A stretch of 64,000 nt of DNA, taken from contig NC_090361.1 in the NCBI RefSeq assembly GCF_035084215.1, forward strand, positions 3,286,001 through 3,350,000. Reading direction: 5' to 3'. This document shows positions 11,685 through 25,295 of this stretch, in pieces. Numbering within the stretch: position 1 is the first letter of the stretch; every line of letters starts with the position of its first letter. The notes below the pieces were generated by a model that worked only from the letters and a program-made list of their open reading frames with translations, did no database searches and was not told where the DNA came from. The stretch comes from Heptranchias perlo (Eukaryota). A program made the position numbers and the translations under genes.

Positions 11685-13383
11685 ATATCCTTCAGTAACA
11701 GCGCCCTCCCCCTTCTCTCTCTTTTATATCTCTGTGTATTTTTAAAAATCTGTTCTCTCCTCGACAGCTTTCTGCAGATGACATTGACCCTCACTGGGAT
11801 ACAGCTCCCCAGGTGACAGCTGCCTCTGCCAAGCATGTGTAAGCCTCAGCAGGCTATTTGACCACCGGAGGCATCACAGCCGATCCTGACCTGATGTTCA
11901 CTCTAGTACTCTTACCCGACCGGACACTGATCTAGAACAGGAGTACTGGATAATTTGTTTTTCTCCAATTTCAGTGCCCCCACCATCAACCAGACTGTGA
12001 TCAGCAAACTCAGCACAGACGGGGAATTGCACCTGGGACTGTCTGATCTGAACAACACCGGGCTGCATTTACCCATTGAGCTATGAGGGAAACGGTGTGT
12101 GGCGATATCGCTGGCAGGCAGCAGCTGTCTGTGTGTCGGATACGGTTGATGTACTGTGATGGGGTCACGCAGTCGTTGATGAACAGGGTGCCGAGGCCGA
12201 GTTGGCAAGTTGTAAAGCGGCAGAAAGTAGTGCAACAAGTTTCTGTAAATTAGCATAACGGGAGCCATCAAAAATCGAACAAAAGTTAAATAGGAACTGA
12301 CCAAAATTGTTGGTGCAGGAACATTGGGTCTGTGTATATGTGCATGTTTGCATATATGTGGGTGTGTGTGTATATACATATAGTGTGTGTGACTAAAAAT
12401 TATTCTGAAGATATAAAAATGTGTGTGTGTAAAATGAAGTCATGTTTCACACGGTATAACATTCCCAGATATGTTTGTTTGACGTGTCACACTCCTCAGT
12501 GCAGGTCCCGAGTGTGATTCCCTGTTTGTACTGAGTTGGTTGGTCTCACTCGAAGGGGCAGTTGAGGTGGACAATTGGTCTCTGGACTGGGAACGGGTAA
12601 TGGTTCCCACCCCTGATCGTTGCCCATGTGACCACCTGCTGGAAAAGTGTGTGACAGTGGGTGAGAACAGCATCGAACTTGGCCACGATGCACGCCGTGG
12701 TCAAACAGCCCACTGCACTCACTGTCTTGGATCACACACCAAGGTGCCCAATGCCCATAGAACTGCAGCCCAGTATAGCACAGCACCTTTACCAAGGGGG
12801 ACCCAATGACTCTACATTCTGAACATTTCTCCTAAGCCCCTCTGCCTTGCTATCTCTCTCTCTTCCTTTAAAGGTCGTCTCAAAACCTCCCCTCTTCACC
12901 ATGCTCTTGGTCACTGCCCCTAATTTCTCTCCTATTTCCTGCTCCCTGCTCCCTTGACGTGTGTGAAAGGCCCTGTATTAAATATATGTATAAATATAGG
13001 TTGGTTTAAAACATAGAAGCTTTCTCTGGAAATCTCAACACCTCCTTATAGTGACATTCCTGGGATTGGGAATTTGGGGGGTAAGGGAGGGATTGAACCT
13101 GTTTACGGGCTCTGCGAGGCTACACTTTGGGGCGTCAGTAACTGCTGTGGGGTTTTTGCGTTGAAAAGTGATTAAGAAAACTGCGGTGATCCCAAGTTTT
13201 ATTTTATTGTCATTTACAGGAATATAATCTGTGTATAAATAATGTCAGCGTCCTGAGCTTTGCATCGTGTGTGTGTGATGGAACTATGCTTATCACGGTC
13301 CCCTGGCTGTTTCTGTTATGTTCCAGGGGACTCTGAGCTATTGTTTGTCTCTCTCTGTTTTTCCTCCCTTAACTACTGTGAAC
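11685..13383 (+). other. U12-type (minor spliceosome) AT-AC intron of STX10
   Basis: 5' site ATATCCTTC, branch point CCCTTAAC 13366-13373, terminal AC 13382-13383; the join restores ...ETI-G-IVESNP. Confidence 0.92.
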
Positions 13384-13478
13384 GCATCGTGGAATCGAAT
13401 CCTCGGAAGTTCAAGATCGAGACTGCGGAACTGTACGAGAGGAAAGCATTTGTCATCAGAACAAGACAAACTGTGAAG
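13384..13478 (+). CDS. STX10: Syntaxin-10 exon 3
   Basis: (G)IVESNPRKFKIETAELYERKAFVIRTRQTVK; donor GTAGCG. Confidence 0.9.
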
Positions 13479-13519
13479 GTAGCGTACAGCGCAGGGCATT
13501 GCTAAACCCAACTAGGGTC

Positions 13520-13870
13520 ACTGCGGAGCTGATAGGGTAGATAGAGAGAAACTATTCCCTCTGGGGGAGTCCAGAACAAGGGGGCATAACCTTAAAATTA
13601 GAGCTAGGCCATTCAGGGGTGATGTCAGGAAGCACTTCTTCACACAAAGGGGAGTGGAAATCTGGAACTCTCCCCCAAAAAAGCTGTTGAGGCTGGGGGT
13701 CAATTGAAAATTTCAAAACTGAGATTGATCAATTTTTGTTAGGTAAGGGTATTAAGGGTTACAGAACCAAGGCGGGTAAATGGAGTTAAGATACAGATCA
13801 ACCATGATCTAATTGAATGGTGGAACAGGCTTGAGGGCCTGAATGGCCTCCTCTTCCAATGTTCACCAGA
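13520..13870 (+). mobile_element. CR1-type LINE 3' fragment
   Basis: DRVDREKLFPL..SRTRGHNLKI..FFTQRGVEIWNSLP, plus the conserved 3' UTR. Confidence 0.75.
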
Positions 13871-14369
13871 TACACAGGTACAGGGGGAAGACCCTGCTCG
13901 GTGTGGCACTGAGCCTCACACAGAGGAAGGGCCCAGTTTTGAACCCGTCCTTGTGCAGAGTTAGCTGGTCTCGGCCGGGGGTCAAGGATAAAGAGAGAGT
14001 GTACATTCGCCACTCTTGTAGGTTATCTTCAAAGTAATTTGTAGTTGAGGGGTTTGTGTGGTTTAGAATAATGGGGGTGAGTCACGGTCTGGAATCTGGT
14101 TATGGAATTGTATGATGTTCACCCTCCTATTTATCCTGTTTTCTGAGCCCCAGGATTAGATTCCAGCCCTGACGTCACTCCCAGGTATAGGCTGATTATA
14201 GTAGAGTGTTTAAATTTTCATAGAATCTCACAGCATAGAAGGAGGCCGTTTGGCCCATCGTGCCTGTGCTGGCTCTTTGAAAGAGCTATCCAATTATAAT
14301 GTCCCACTCCCCCTGCACTTTTCCCATAGCTCTGCAAATTTTTCCTTTTCAAATATATATCGAATTCCA

Positions 14370-14585
14370 GCGTTACACACCATCCCGACTTGGAAATATA
14401 TTGCCGTTCCTTCATTGTCGCTGGGTCAAAATCCTGGAACTTCCTTCCTAACAGCACTGTGGGAGAACCGTCACCACACGGACTGCAGCGGTTCAAGAAG
14501 GCGGCTCACCACCACCTTCTCGAGGGCAATTAGGGATGGGCAATAAATGCTGGCCTCGCCAGCGACGCCCACATCCCGTGAACGG
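14370..14585 (+). mobile_element. LINE 3'-end fragment (second CR1-like family)
   Basis: Near-identical segment at ~17420-17610(+) and a related decayed segment at ~21600-22130(-); ends with GGGCAATAAATGCTGGCC. Confidence 0.6.
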
Positions 14586-15117
14586 GATTTGGGCGTCGCT
14601 GGCAGGGCATTTCCAGATTTGCTTGTGAGAGGGATGAGTTTGGCTTGAGGCCTGTACTTAGTGGCAGCAACCCCTGTTGTGTACAGGCCGTGTGTCACTG
14701 CTCTCCGTGTCCCTCCTTTCCTGAGGGGGTTGGGATTCTTCACGTGGCCATTCTTCACGTGTGAGCCCTGGACAGTGAGCATTGCCGGGCTATTCGACTA
14801 TGGGAGGTGAACATCACAGCCGAGTCCCAGTGCTCTCCTAATGTCCGCAGCTGTGCACTTTCCAGCAGGGATAACACACAAGAGGGAACCTTGGCAGCTT
14901 TTCCCTCCCCTAGCCTGCACTGTGGGTATTTGTAGTGACCGAACTATCGGGGATTGAAGCGAGGGCCTCCTGGTGTTTAAGCCTCCAGTGCTAGGACAGC
15001 TTGTGCTTTAATCCCCTGCGCCCTGGAGGCAGTGAACTCCAGAGAGAGACTCACCAGTTGATTGCCGAGGGCACTCGGTGTTTCTAACTAACAGTAACTT
15101 TTACTTTGTGTCACCAG

Positions 15118-15180
15118 GAAATGAAAGATCACATTTCAAGCCCGTCCGCCGCTGCGTTTGGTGAAAGGCGGAACCGGCAG
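15118..15180 (+). CDS. STX10: Syntaxin-10 exon 4
   Basis: EMKDHISSPSAAAFGERRNRQ; ccAG / GTGAGC; 63 nt, phase 0. Confidence 0.88.
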
Positions 15181-15274
15181 GTGAGCGAGTGGTTTAATGT
15201 CAGTCGTGTGTTGTTTTGATTCCACTTTCTGGCCTGCTGTCCGATGGACGCTGATTTTCACATGGGTTCAGTTT

Positions 15275-15278
<4 letters not shown>

Positions 15279-15311
<33 letters not shown>
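15279..15311 (+). repeat. (CA)n microsatellite
   Basis: About 16 CA units. Confidence 0.9.
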
Positions 15312-15314
<3 letters not shown>

Positions 15315-15704
15315 CTCTCTCCCAAGTGTGAGCTTAGACGATGAGACTATTGAACTGCGGTGAGCGTCACAGCGAGCTTGGTCCTATCATCGTCCAACAT
15401 CAGATAGTGATTAGGAACGGGAATCCCGGCTGATTTTCTAGCCCAGAGGTCTGAGGCACAGACTAGGAATTCAACTTGGTGCTTTCCTGGTCTCTCTGGT
15501 TTGTTACCAGATCTGCAGTGAGCACAGTCATTCTGGCATTAATCACAGGATGTGAGCTCAGGCAGTGAGAACAGTCTACTTCTCATAATTCATTCTTTCA
15601 ACTAAAAGTATTGAATTATCTAATAATTTTAAGCTATGTAGATAACACAACAAAGAGGGACTTTATTACTAAAAATATTGAATTCTCACTCTCCCACCTC
15701 AGTT

Positions 15705-16100
15705 ATGTGGAGATGCTGAGACTGTTCTCCTTTACGATAGAGAAGTTTAAGGGAGATTTAATAGAGGTGTTCAAAATCATAAAGGGTTTTGATAGAGTAG
15801 ATAGGGAGAAACTGTTTCCACTGGCAGGAGGATGGATGAACAGAGGACACAGATTTAAGATAATCTGCAGAAGAACCAGAGGGGAGATGAGGGGAAATTT
15901 CTTTGTTGTTATGATCTGGAATGCGCTGCCTGAAAGGGCGGTGGAAGCAGATTCAGAAGAGAATTGGATAAATACTTGAAAAGGAAAAAGCTGCAGGGCT
16001 ATGGGGAAAGAGGAGGGGGAGTGGGACTAATTGGATAGCTCTTTCAAAGAGCCGGCACAGGTACGATGGGCTGAATGGCCTCCTCCTGTGCTATAAGATT
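15705..16100 (+). mobile_element. CR1-type LINE 3' fragment
   Basis: KGDLIEVFKIIKGFDRVDREKLFPL...RGHRFKI...IWNALP. Confidence 0.75.
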
Positions 16101-16369
16101 CTCAGATAATTTGAATTAAGTGACTTTGAATTAAAATATTTAAGCCATGAGGTAACTTCTCAATAGTTCTTTCTTGGCCCTGTTCCAGTTCTCGGGTTAG
16201 TTAAAGAATTGTCTGACCTCCCAGACAGTGATTGCCTCAGCCAGTCTAACACACTCTGTCCGTTATTTTTATGATGAATTGTTGATCACTGTGGCTGTCG
16301 ACTGCCATCAATGTTCGTATAACGCACTGTAATGGGAATGCAAGGCCTGACCTACTTTTCCTGTTGTAG

Positions 16370-16486
16370 AGCCTGATTGGAGGCATTGAAAACCAGCAGA
16401 AGCACATAGACCGATACAGACGGCTAGACCAGGAGCTGGAAGCTGTAAACTCCCAGTACATCGAGGAGCAGCAAGTTCAGCAGCGC
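16370..16486 (+). CDS. STX10: Syntaxin-10 exon 5
   Basis: SLIGGIENQQKHIDRYRRLDQELEAVNSQYIEEQQVQQR; tgtAG / GTACGT; 117 nt. Confidence 0.85.
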
Positions 16487-17762
16487 GTACGTACTCAAAC
16501 GCAGACCGTATCACTCACTCCAGAAGGTGGAGTGACGGGCCAAGGCCCAAAGTGCAAGAAAACACCGAGAGTGGGAGAGAGGTTGGGTTTAACAACCTGT
16601 TCATTATAGGGGCGAGGGGTGGCACAGTTTGTAATCAAGGGGAAGAATGAGTTAAGCCTTGCATTTATATAGAGCCTTTAACGTAGTAAAACTTCACAGG
16701 AACGATTATCAAACAAAATTTGACACCGAACCACATAAGGAGATATTAGGACAGGTAAAAGAGTTAGGTTTTAAGGAGCGTCTTAAAGGAGATGAGAGAG
16801 GCGGAGAGGTTTAGGGTGGGAATTCCAGAGCTTAGGGCCTAGGCAGCTGAGGGTACAGCTGCCAATGGTGGAGTGATTAAAATCGGGGATGCGCACGAGG
16901 CCAGAATTGGAGGAGCGCAGAGATCTCGGAAGGTTGTAGGGCTGGAGGAGGTCACAGAGATAGGGAGGGGGTGAGACCATGGAGGGATTTGAACACAACA
17001 ATGAGAATTTTGAATTCAAGGTAGTGTGATGATTGAGGTTATACCAGTGCTGCCTACTTTCTTCTGGGAGCTCCGTGTGAACACAGAATTGTTCTTTCCC
17101 TCTCCTCCCACCAGTTCAGCACAGATTAGCTGACTCTACTCGGGCTTGGTATAGAGCCTGGGACCATGTGGCTCAGTGCCACTCAGTGCATGTACCAACT
17201 CAAGGATCAGGGTTGTGACTGTCCAGCTTCAGCTCTTTGTGTTTTATGCCCTGGATTTGAGGGAAGAGGGAAGGAGGGAAGGAAGAGGGGAGGGAGGGAG
17301 GGTGTCTGTCTGTCTGTCTGTCTGTATGTATGTATCTGTACAAGTGCACATCCTGTTTACCAATTGTGAAGCTGATAGCGTGTAGCAGTAACGGGGAACT
17401 GAAGCCTCCAGGTCACTTGTATCGGCCGTTCCTTCATCGTTGCTGGGTCAAAATCCTGGAACTCCCTCCTTGACAGCACTGTGGGAGAACCTTCACCACA
17501 CGGACTGCAGCGGTTTACGAAGGCGGCTCACCACCACCTTCTCAAGGGGCAACTAGGGATGAGCAATAAATACTGGCCTTGCCAGTGACGCCCACATCCC
17601 GAGAATAAATGTTAATCTTTTGTTTTTTGCCTCGATTTTTTTTTTAAAAAGAGACTTTGGTGTTAAACATGCACAGAAAATAATGCTATTTATTTTTCTG
17701 GAACACGGTGTGAGGTGTTGAGCTGAGCGGTTTTGTAACTGTGACTCTTGGTGTCTATACAG

Positions 17763-17869
17763 CTGATAGTAGAACAGCAGGACGAGCAACTGCAGTTGGT
17801 GTCTGGCAGCATTGGGGTCCTCAAGAACATGTCGGGGCGAATTGGCGATGAGCTGGACGAGCAGGCAGT
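17763..17869 (+). CDS. STX10: Syntaxin-10 exon 6 (SNARE motif)
   Basis: [36 protein letters not shown]; donor GTAAGT. Confidence 0.92.
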
Positions 17870-18668
17870 GTAAGTAGATTAACGCACAAAAGTCAGACCT
17901 CACGAGTCGTCCACAGACTCCCAAGTGTTGTTTCTCTTTTGAACTGAGAGACCTGGGTGAAGAGCCTGGGTCTGTAGTGGCCATGGCTCAGTGGGTAGCT
18001 CTCTTGCCTCTGAGTCAGAAGATCATGGGTTCAAGTCCCACTCCAGAGACTTAAGCACGTAATCCAGGCTGACCCTCCCAGTGCAGTACTGAGGGAGTGC
18101 TGCACTGTCGGAGGTGCCGTCTTTCAGATGAGACGTTAAACTGAGGCCCCGTCTGCCCTCTCAGGTGGATGTAAAAGATCCCACTGCACTATTTTGAAGA
18201 AGAGCAGGGGATTGCTCCCTGATGTCCTGGGCCAATATTTATCTCTCATCCAATAACACTAAAATGGATTATTTGGTCATTTATCTCATTGCTGTTTCTG
18301 GGATCTTGCTGTGCACAAATTGGCTGTCACGTTCCCTTCACCCGAAAGCCATGGGATCTCCTGGGAGAGGTGAAAAACCAGATAAAAGCCCCCGCCAATT
18401 AGGGGATAAAAAATCTGGGAAATTCCTCACTGACTCCTTTAGGCAATCGAAACTAGTCCAGGTGATCAATTTGGCCGTGATAACTGTCATATATTATCCA
18501 CCTTTTGTACGAGGTGATCTCTGCCCCAGCCAGAAACAGGTCCAGCTCTCGCTCGAAGGAATTTGGTGAATCAGCGTTCACCGCACGAGCCAGCAGCCTG
18601 TTCCACAAATCTCTGGGCACAGAAGAACCGCCTCCTGACATCTAACCTTGTTTCATTTCCTTTCTTAG

Positions 18669-18763
18669 GATGCTGGGTGAATTTTCCCACGAAATGGACA
18701 ACACCCAGTCGCGGCTGGACAGCACGCTGAAGAAGTTGGCCAAAGTTTCCCACATGACCAGCG
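18669..18763 (+). CDS. STX10: Syntaxin-10 exon 7 (SNARE motif)
   Basis: [31 protein letters not shown]; ttAG / GTAAGT. Confidence 0.92.
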
Positions 18764-20212
18764 GTAAGTTTACCAGCCCCCGCTCCCTGCCCTGCCCCAC
18801 CCCACTCTGCCTCTTCCCCCCCCTCTCCTAATCTATTCCCCCTTGGCTCGGTGTCTTTTTTTAAAATTACATCTCTGTGAAATGCTTTGGGATATTCTAC
18901 ATTAAAAGCACTTAATAAATGCAAGTTGTTGTCCTTGTTAAGATCGTGGGATGCTTTGCCACGGGGAGGAATTGAGGCAGAGATTGCTGCATCTTTTACG
19001 GATAAATATTTGAGCCAGAGGAGATACAGAGCTATAAGGAGAGACAGCAGCAATGGGATTAGTTTTGGGTAGATCTAGCAAAGAGCCAGCACAGGCACAA
19101 TGGGCTGAATTACCTCCTTCTGCGCTGTACACTTCTATGATTCTATGGGATGTGTAAAGCACCAAAGACTGGCCATTGTTTCCAAGTAAATTGTCAGTCT
19201 CGCTCATTGTCATTCATTGGCTGTAAAGCAACTTGGGATGTCCTGAGGTTATAAAAGATTCTATATTAACAAGCTCGCTCTTTTAACTGGAGAATGCTCT
19301 GTAGGTGCAGTCGGGGTTGCTCTTCTGCATTTGGGCCTGAGGCAGGTTCACCATGTAGCCTGCTGTGCTGTTCCCACTACCCAGCCCCTTCCCTTGATGA
19401 GCACAAAGGTGAGACAGTATCTTCTTCCGCAGTGATTGACAGCTTTCGTAGCCTCATAGAAGTTGTGGCACAGGAGGAGGCTGTTTGGCCCATTGGTCCT
19501 GTTCTGGTACTAGCTCAATGTCTGAGCTATCTACTCTAGTCCCATTTCCCTGCTGTTACTTCAGATCCATCTTTCTTCAAAGGTTTAATTCCATCCCAAA
19601 TGTGATTGACTTGACTCCCAATAGTTGCTGGTAACAAAACACTCCACATCCTAAAATCCCTTGATTGTGAAAAAAATTCCTGAGTTTCTCACTGGTTCAC
19701 TGACAAACGGAAACAATCTTTCTCTCTTTACCTCGATTTTAAAATTCTGATCCTTGTTTTCAAATCTCCCCATGGCCTCGCCCCTCCCTATCTCTAACCT
19801 CCTCCAGCCCTAAACCCTCAGAGATCTCTGCGCTCCTCCAATTCTGGCCTCTTGAGCATCCTCTGATTTTAATCGCTCCACCATTGGCGGCCGTGCCTCC
19901 AGCTGCCTGGGCCCTAAGCTCTGGAATTCCCTCCCTAAACCTCTCCGCCTCTCTCTCTCCTCCTTTGAGTCACACCTTAAAACCTACCTCTTTGACCAAG
20001 CTTTTGGTCACCTGTCCTAATATCTCCTTATGTGGCTCGGTGTCAAATTTTGTTTCTCGCTCTTGCGAAGCGCGTTGGGAAGTTTCACTACGTTAAAGGT
20101 GCTATATAAATGCAAGTTGTGGTTTACCCTCCCAAACCCCCTGGTGATTTTCAACACTTCTATTGGATCAGTTGGTATCTCTGCTAACGGTAACTTCCTT
20201 TTTGTTTGGCAG

Positions 20213-20289
20213 CTCGGCGCCAGTGGTGTGTGATCATTGTTCTTCTCGTCATCCTGATTGTGATGCTCATATTGTTCTTCACTCTGTGA
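20213..20289 (+). CDS. STX10: Syntaxin-10 last coding exon (transmembrane tail anchor)
   Basis: ARRQWCVIIVLLVILIVMLILFFTL*; assembled CDS 759 nt = 252 aa; candidate polyA signals AATAAA at 20645 and 24680. Confidence 0.92.
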
Positions 20290-22683
20290 TCGTTGAGTTG
20301 GGACTCTTTAATAGTGTACGACATAGACTGCCCAGGGCATTCAGCAGCTGGAACATCTGTCCCGGGAGAGAGCAGTAGCACCTTACTTGGAGCTCCCTTC
20401 AGATCCAGGGCAGGATTCTGGAAATGCTGACTCTTTTTTTGTTTGTAATCTTGGACCTAGGTGCTGTATCCAATGTGACCAAACTTGCTGCACAATTGTG
20501 GAGGGGAGAGGAATGTAAAATACTATTTTTTTTTCTGTTAATAGGTTAGCTCATACATTTCAGTTCATCAATAGTGGACACAGGGTAGGCTATTGGGTTG
20601 CTTTGGGATCGAACAAAACTTAATCTCCAGCCTAATGGCTTTTTAATAAATAATGTGACTGAATCTGCAACAGTTAAGTGTCTTTTAAAAAAAAAAGCTC
20701 AGCCTCCCATCGACGGAGAGAATCTGTGATCAGATCTGCACCTGCAGAATTTTAGGCTGCTAAAACAGTGTGGCATTCAAGGGGAATGTAATTTAAATCC
20801 CAGATTTCCCTGGATTCCTCTCTGCTGAGGAATGGAGGTGATGTGGGATTGAGGGAACAGAAGGATGGCACTCAGTTTGTGATGGGCAGCACAGTGGGCG
20901 AGTACCTGGGCATAGGGCAATCTGCCATGTTTAGGAACAGAAAATGTTGGAAATGCAGGCCAGGTCGGTCAGACAGGCTGGAGATCTTGGTTATTCTCTC
21001 CTGCTCCCTCTTTTCTTGAGCAGGACTACCACAATCTGACTGTGCCACTCCCCTTGAAGGGACTTTACCCAAAATGTTCAACCTTTCAGATATTGTGCAT
21101 TTCGTGGTATTTCCCCTCTGGGTCTGAAGGTCGTGGGTTCAAGTTACACTCCATGGACTTGAATACATAATCTAGGCTGACACTCCCAGTGCAGTACTGA
21201 GGGAGTGCTGCACTGTCAGAGGTGCCGTCTTTTGGATGAGATGTTAAACTGAGGCCCTGTCTGCCCTGATAGGTGGATGTAAAAGATCCCATTGCACTAT
21301 TTCGAAGAAGAGCAGGGGAGTTTTCCCCGGTGTCCTGGGCCAATATTTATCGCTCAACTAATACCACTAAAGCAGATTATCTGATCATTATCTCATTGTT
21401 GCTTGTGGGACCTTGCTTTGCGCAAATTGGCTGTTGCGTTTCCTACATTACAACAATGACTACACTTCAAAAGTATTTCATCGGTTGTACAGTGCTTTGG
21501 GACATCTTGAGGTCCTGAAAGGACCAAAAAAAAAATTATTTTGTTTCAGATTTCTGACATTTGTGGTTTTAATTTGGGCCACTTCCAGTGACGATAAAGG
21601 AACTGCCGATATACGTCCAAGTTTGGACGGTGTGTGACTCGGAGGGGAACTTGGAGGTGATTGTGTCCCACAACATTGCTGCTTTTGTGCTCATCAGTGG
21701 TAGAGGTCAGGGGGGATGGTGTGAGGTGCTGTAGAAGTGACCTTGGTGAGTTGCTGCAGCGCATCCTGTAGATATTACACACTGTGACTGTGGTGCGCTG
21801 GTGGTGGAGGGAGCGGATATTGAGTCCAGTGGCAGCGGCACAGATCAGGTGAGCTGTTCCGTCCTGGACGGAGTTGAGCTTTGTTACTGTTGTTGCGACT
21901 GCATCAGTCCAGGTGAGTGGTGAATATTCCATCACACTCCCGACTTGAGCTTTGTAGATAGCGGAGAGGCTTTGGGGGCTCAGGAGGCAAGTCATGTGTC
22001 ACAGGGTCTCTGCCCTGCACTTGCAGCCATGGTGATGATATGATTCCTAAAAATTAATTCTTAGGATACTGGCAAGGCCGGCATTTATTGCCTATCTCTA
22101 GTTGCCCCTTGAGAAGGTGGTGGTGAGCTTTTCCTTTTCCCCCCCCCACCCAGATATCTTACACACCTCCGAGGAGGATCTCGAATCACCTGGGCTGTTT
22201 GCAACTCCTGAAGTTGTATCAGAAACCTTCTGAGTGCAGTCCTTCTTTGGCCTGTCTGAAGCTGTACCGTCGGGCTTTGGCACAGGGTGGGCCTGGGATA
22301 GAGCGGGAGGCTCGGGAAATCCACCCTTTCGTTCTCTTTCAGCCTCTCGACACTCCTGTTGTGGAAAAATAAAAGTGAGATGGCTACACTTGAGCAAACA
22401 CCGAGGGGCTGTCACTAGCAGCCCGCTGCTCCATCAGCCAGTGTGGCCTCAGGTCGCTTACGAGTCTGTTTGGGTAACGGGCATTGTTGTAGTCACAGGA
22501 TAACGCATCCAGAGGGTCAGCTGTGACCTGTGAACCCAACTAACTCCATTCTATTTGCTCTTGTATTTTTTATTACTTCGCCCTGTTTGAATTCCATGGG
22601 GTGGAGACTTGGAAATGGCTGCTTTTAATGCTAACTCCTATCAGCAGCCTCAGATGTAGGGAATTCATGGGACAGGGATGTAA

Positions 22684-23105
<422 letters not shown>

Positions 23106-25289
23106 CAAACTGCTCCATCTGGCCTATGCCATGGTGACGGAAGTGGAGGTTTCTGGTCCACAGCAGGGTGATGGAGGGATGGTGACAGTGTTTATCCGCG
23201 CTGGCTGCTTGAGGTGAAAGGACACTTCCTGTAAACTGGGTTTTCATGTCATCCTTTGTACCACGCCAACATGTTACCGGGTGTGTGTTTTCCAGATTAA
23301 AAGTGCCAGCGTGGTGGGTGGGTGAGGGGATGGAGGACAGTACTGAACAGGAGATCACCAGCCTTTGGTGGCAGTGTGTGAGAGCGCAAATAAAACCAAA
23401 CCCCAAAAGATCTGCAGCATCAAAACTTAATTTCTGAAATTTGGCAATTCTTAATTTTGGGCAGGGTTATAAAAGAACTACTTTACATAGATATCATTGA
23501 AAGAGCTCAAACATGCTTCACACAATGAATTACTTTTTTGCAGTGCAGGGATTTTATCTTGTTTGAGGTGCTGGGTGCAGCAATCAGTGTTTTAGATATT
23601 TCACGACTGTGGATTGTTACAATGAAATGATTGAATTTTATGCACTTGAAACATTTCAATGAAAACTTGTATTTCTAAGCACAAGTGGCCCAAGGGAGAA
23701 CGTGAGGGTGTTTAAGGATCTGGAGAAAGGGTCAGGGACTTTAGGAGAGAATTGGTGGGAGGGACATACAGTACGTTGGAGTAGCAGTTGAAACATTTCC
23801 ATCCCTTTGTTAATTATTCAGTTATAACAATGTTTCTCATTAGAAATGTAACAGGTTTAAACTCTCTGTACATAGGGCAAAGAGATTTGTAATAAAACAA
23901 GCATTTAAAATTAGATTGCCTCTCGTTTGTTATCATTGCCTCCTTCTCCTGACAGTTTTCTTTCCTGAAGGTACAGCCTTTTATCAGGCAACACCCCCAA
24001 CCCTTCCGCTTGTGTTCATCCCTCACTCTGGGGTAGTGTCTGGCTGCTCTTTTGTTTATCGACATGTTGGTGTGGCGGAGATGGGGCGCTCAGCCTGGGA
24101 CGGATGGAGGATGCCAAGTCCATGTCGTATCCATCCGTGGGCTGGCCCATTGCTCTTCCAATCATTGCATTGCTCAACCATTAATCTACTCACCTTCCTG
24201 TACCAAACTGATCCATTTCTACCATGAGGCATTAGCTGAAAAAGTAGGTTTTTTAATGTTTGTTGCCCTCTTCTCTTCCCCCTCTCCACCCCCCCCAAAG
24301 TTTTCTCTGCTCTCTATTAAAGGGGCTGGAGTCACAGGCACTAGATATCCTCTGGTACCTTCCCCAAGTGTCCGTGGTTCATGTATCAGCCTAGAAGGCG
24401 AGCCCAACTCCCAGCCTGTGAACCATAAAATCAGGGGTGAACAGCCCTAATTGGGGAACACTTTACTATGGAGAAGTGCCAGGAATATCCAAATAATTCA
24501 GTACTTTTATTTTTTTGTACCATTATTTCTGTGCTTCAAATGCATTGTTTCACAGGCTACTGTGTGCTTAAATTGTTGTTTTGCCTTCACAGTAACATTT
24601 TCTGTATTTTGATGGCTCATAGTTTAAACATAAAAGGTGTCAAAACTGTTTGAGACTTGTGGGAAAGAAAAGCAATTGAAATAAATTTCAGACTTGTTTT
24701 ATTCATCCAATCCCTTTGTCTCCAAAAACAATCTTGGGACCCAGAGTTTTAGGATTAAAGGATGTTTTAGAAAGTTACTCTGAAGATTGAAGTTCTCCAA
24801 ATCGGGACAGAGGAGAGCTCTGACTGTCAGCAGGTTATTTATTTGACTGGATGGGCAAGGCACAAACTCCTGTCCTCACCTGATGTTGACAGGGAGCACT
24901 GTTCCCAGCACTGGAGAGCGAGTGGGAGCAGGAACCCTCGCCTTAAGTCCAGGGCAGCCGAGACCAGCTAACTCGGCACAAGATAAGGGGGTTGAACCCG
25001 GGACCAACCTGGTGTTTCAGCAGCGCACCATATGGTGCAATTACTCAGCTATACCAAAAAATATATATAGAACTTGCTGTGCGGTGGGTGTATACCCGGG
25101 GGGAGCTTGGGGTGGGGTGCATGGGGTGGGTGTACTCCTGGGGGGGGTCATGTGGGGAGGTGTATGCTGATTCGCTATCGCCCGAGACCGATTTCACCTC
25201 CGGTTAAGTCTTCATTCACTAATGTCACCAACAGTAGCTTCTAGGCTAGACAGCGAGTAACTAAACAAGAAGGAAAAAAAACTCGTCTT

Positions 25290-25295
25290 TTTAAT
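25290..25295 (-). terminator. Putative distal NACC1 polyadenylation signal (ATTAAA); alternative AATAAA at 25505-25510
   Basis: AT-rich UTR-like sequence; U-rich tract just downstream on the minus strand; implies a ~6.6 kb 3' UTR. Confidence 0.45.

Noticed and set aside
12060-12300. CpG-rich stretch within the U12 intron as a hidden exon or foreign DNA
   Set aside because: No recognisable protein motif in the frames I read, and no clear splice-site pair
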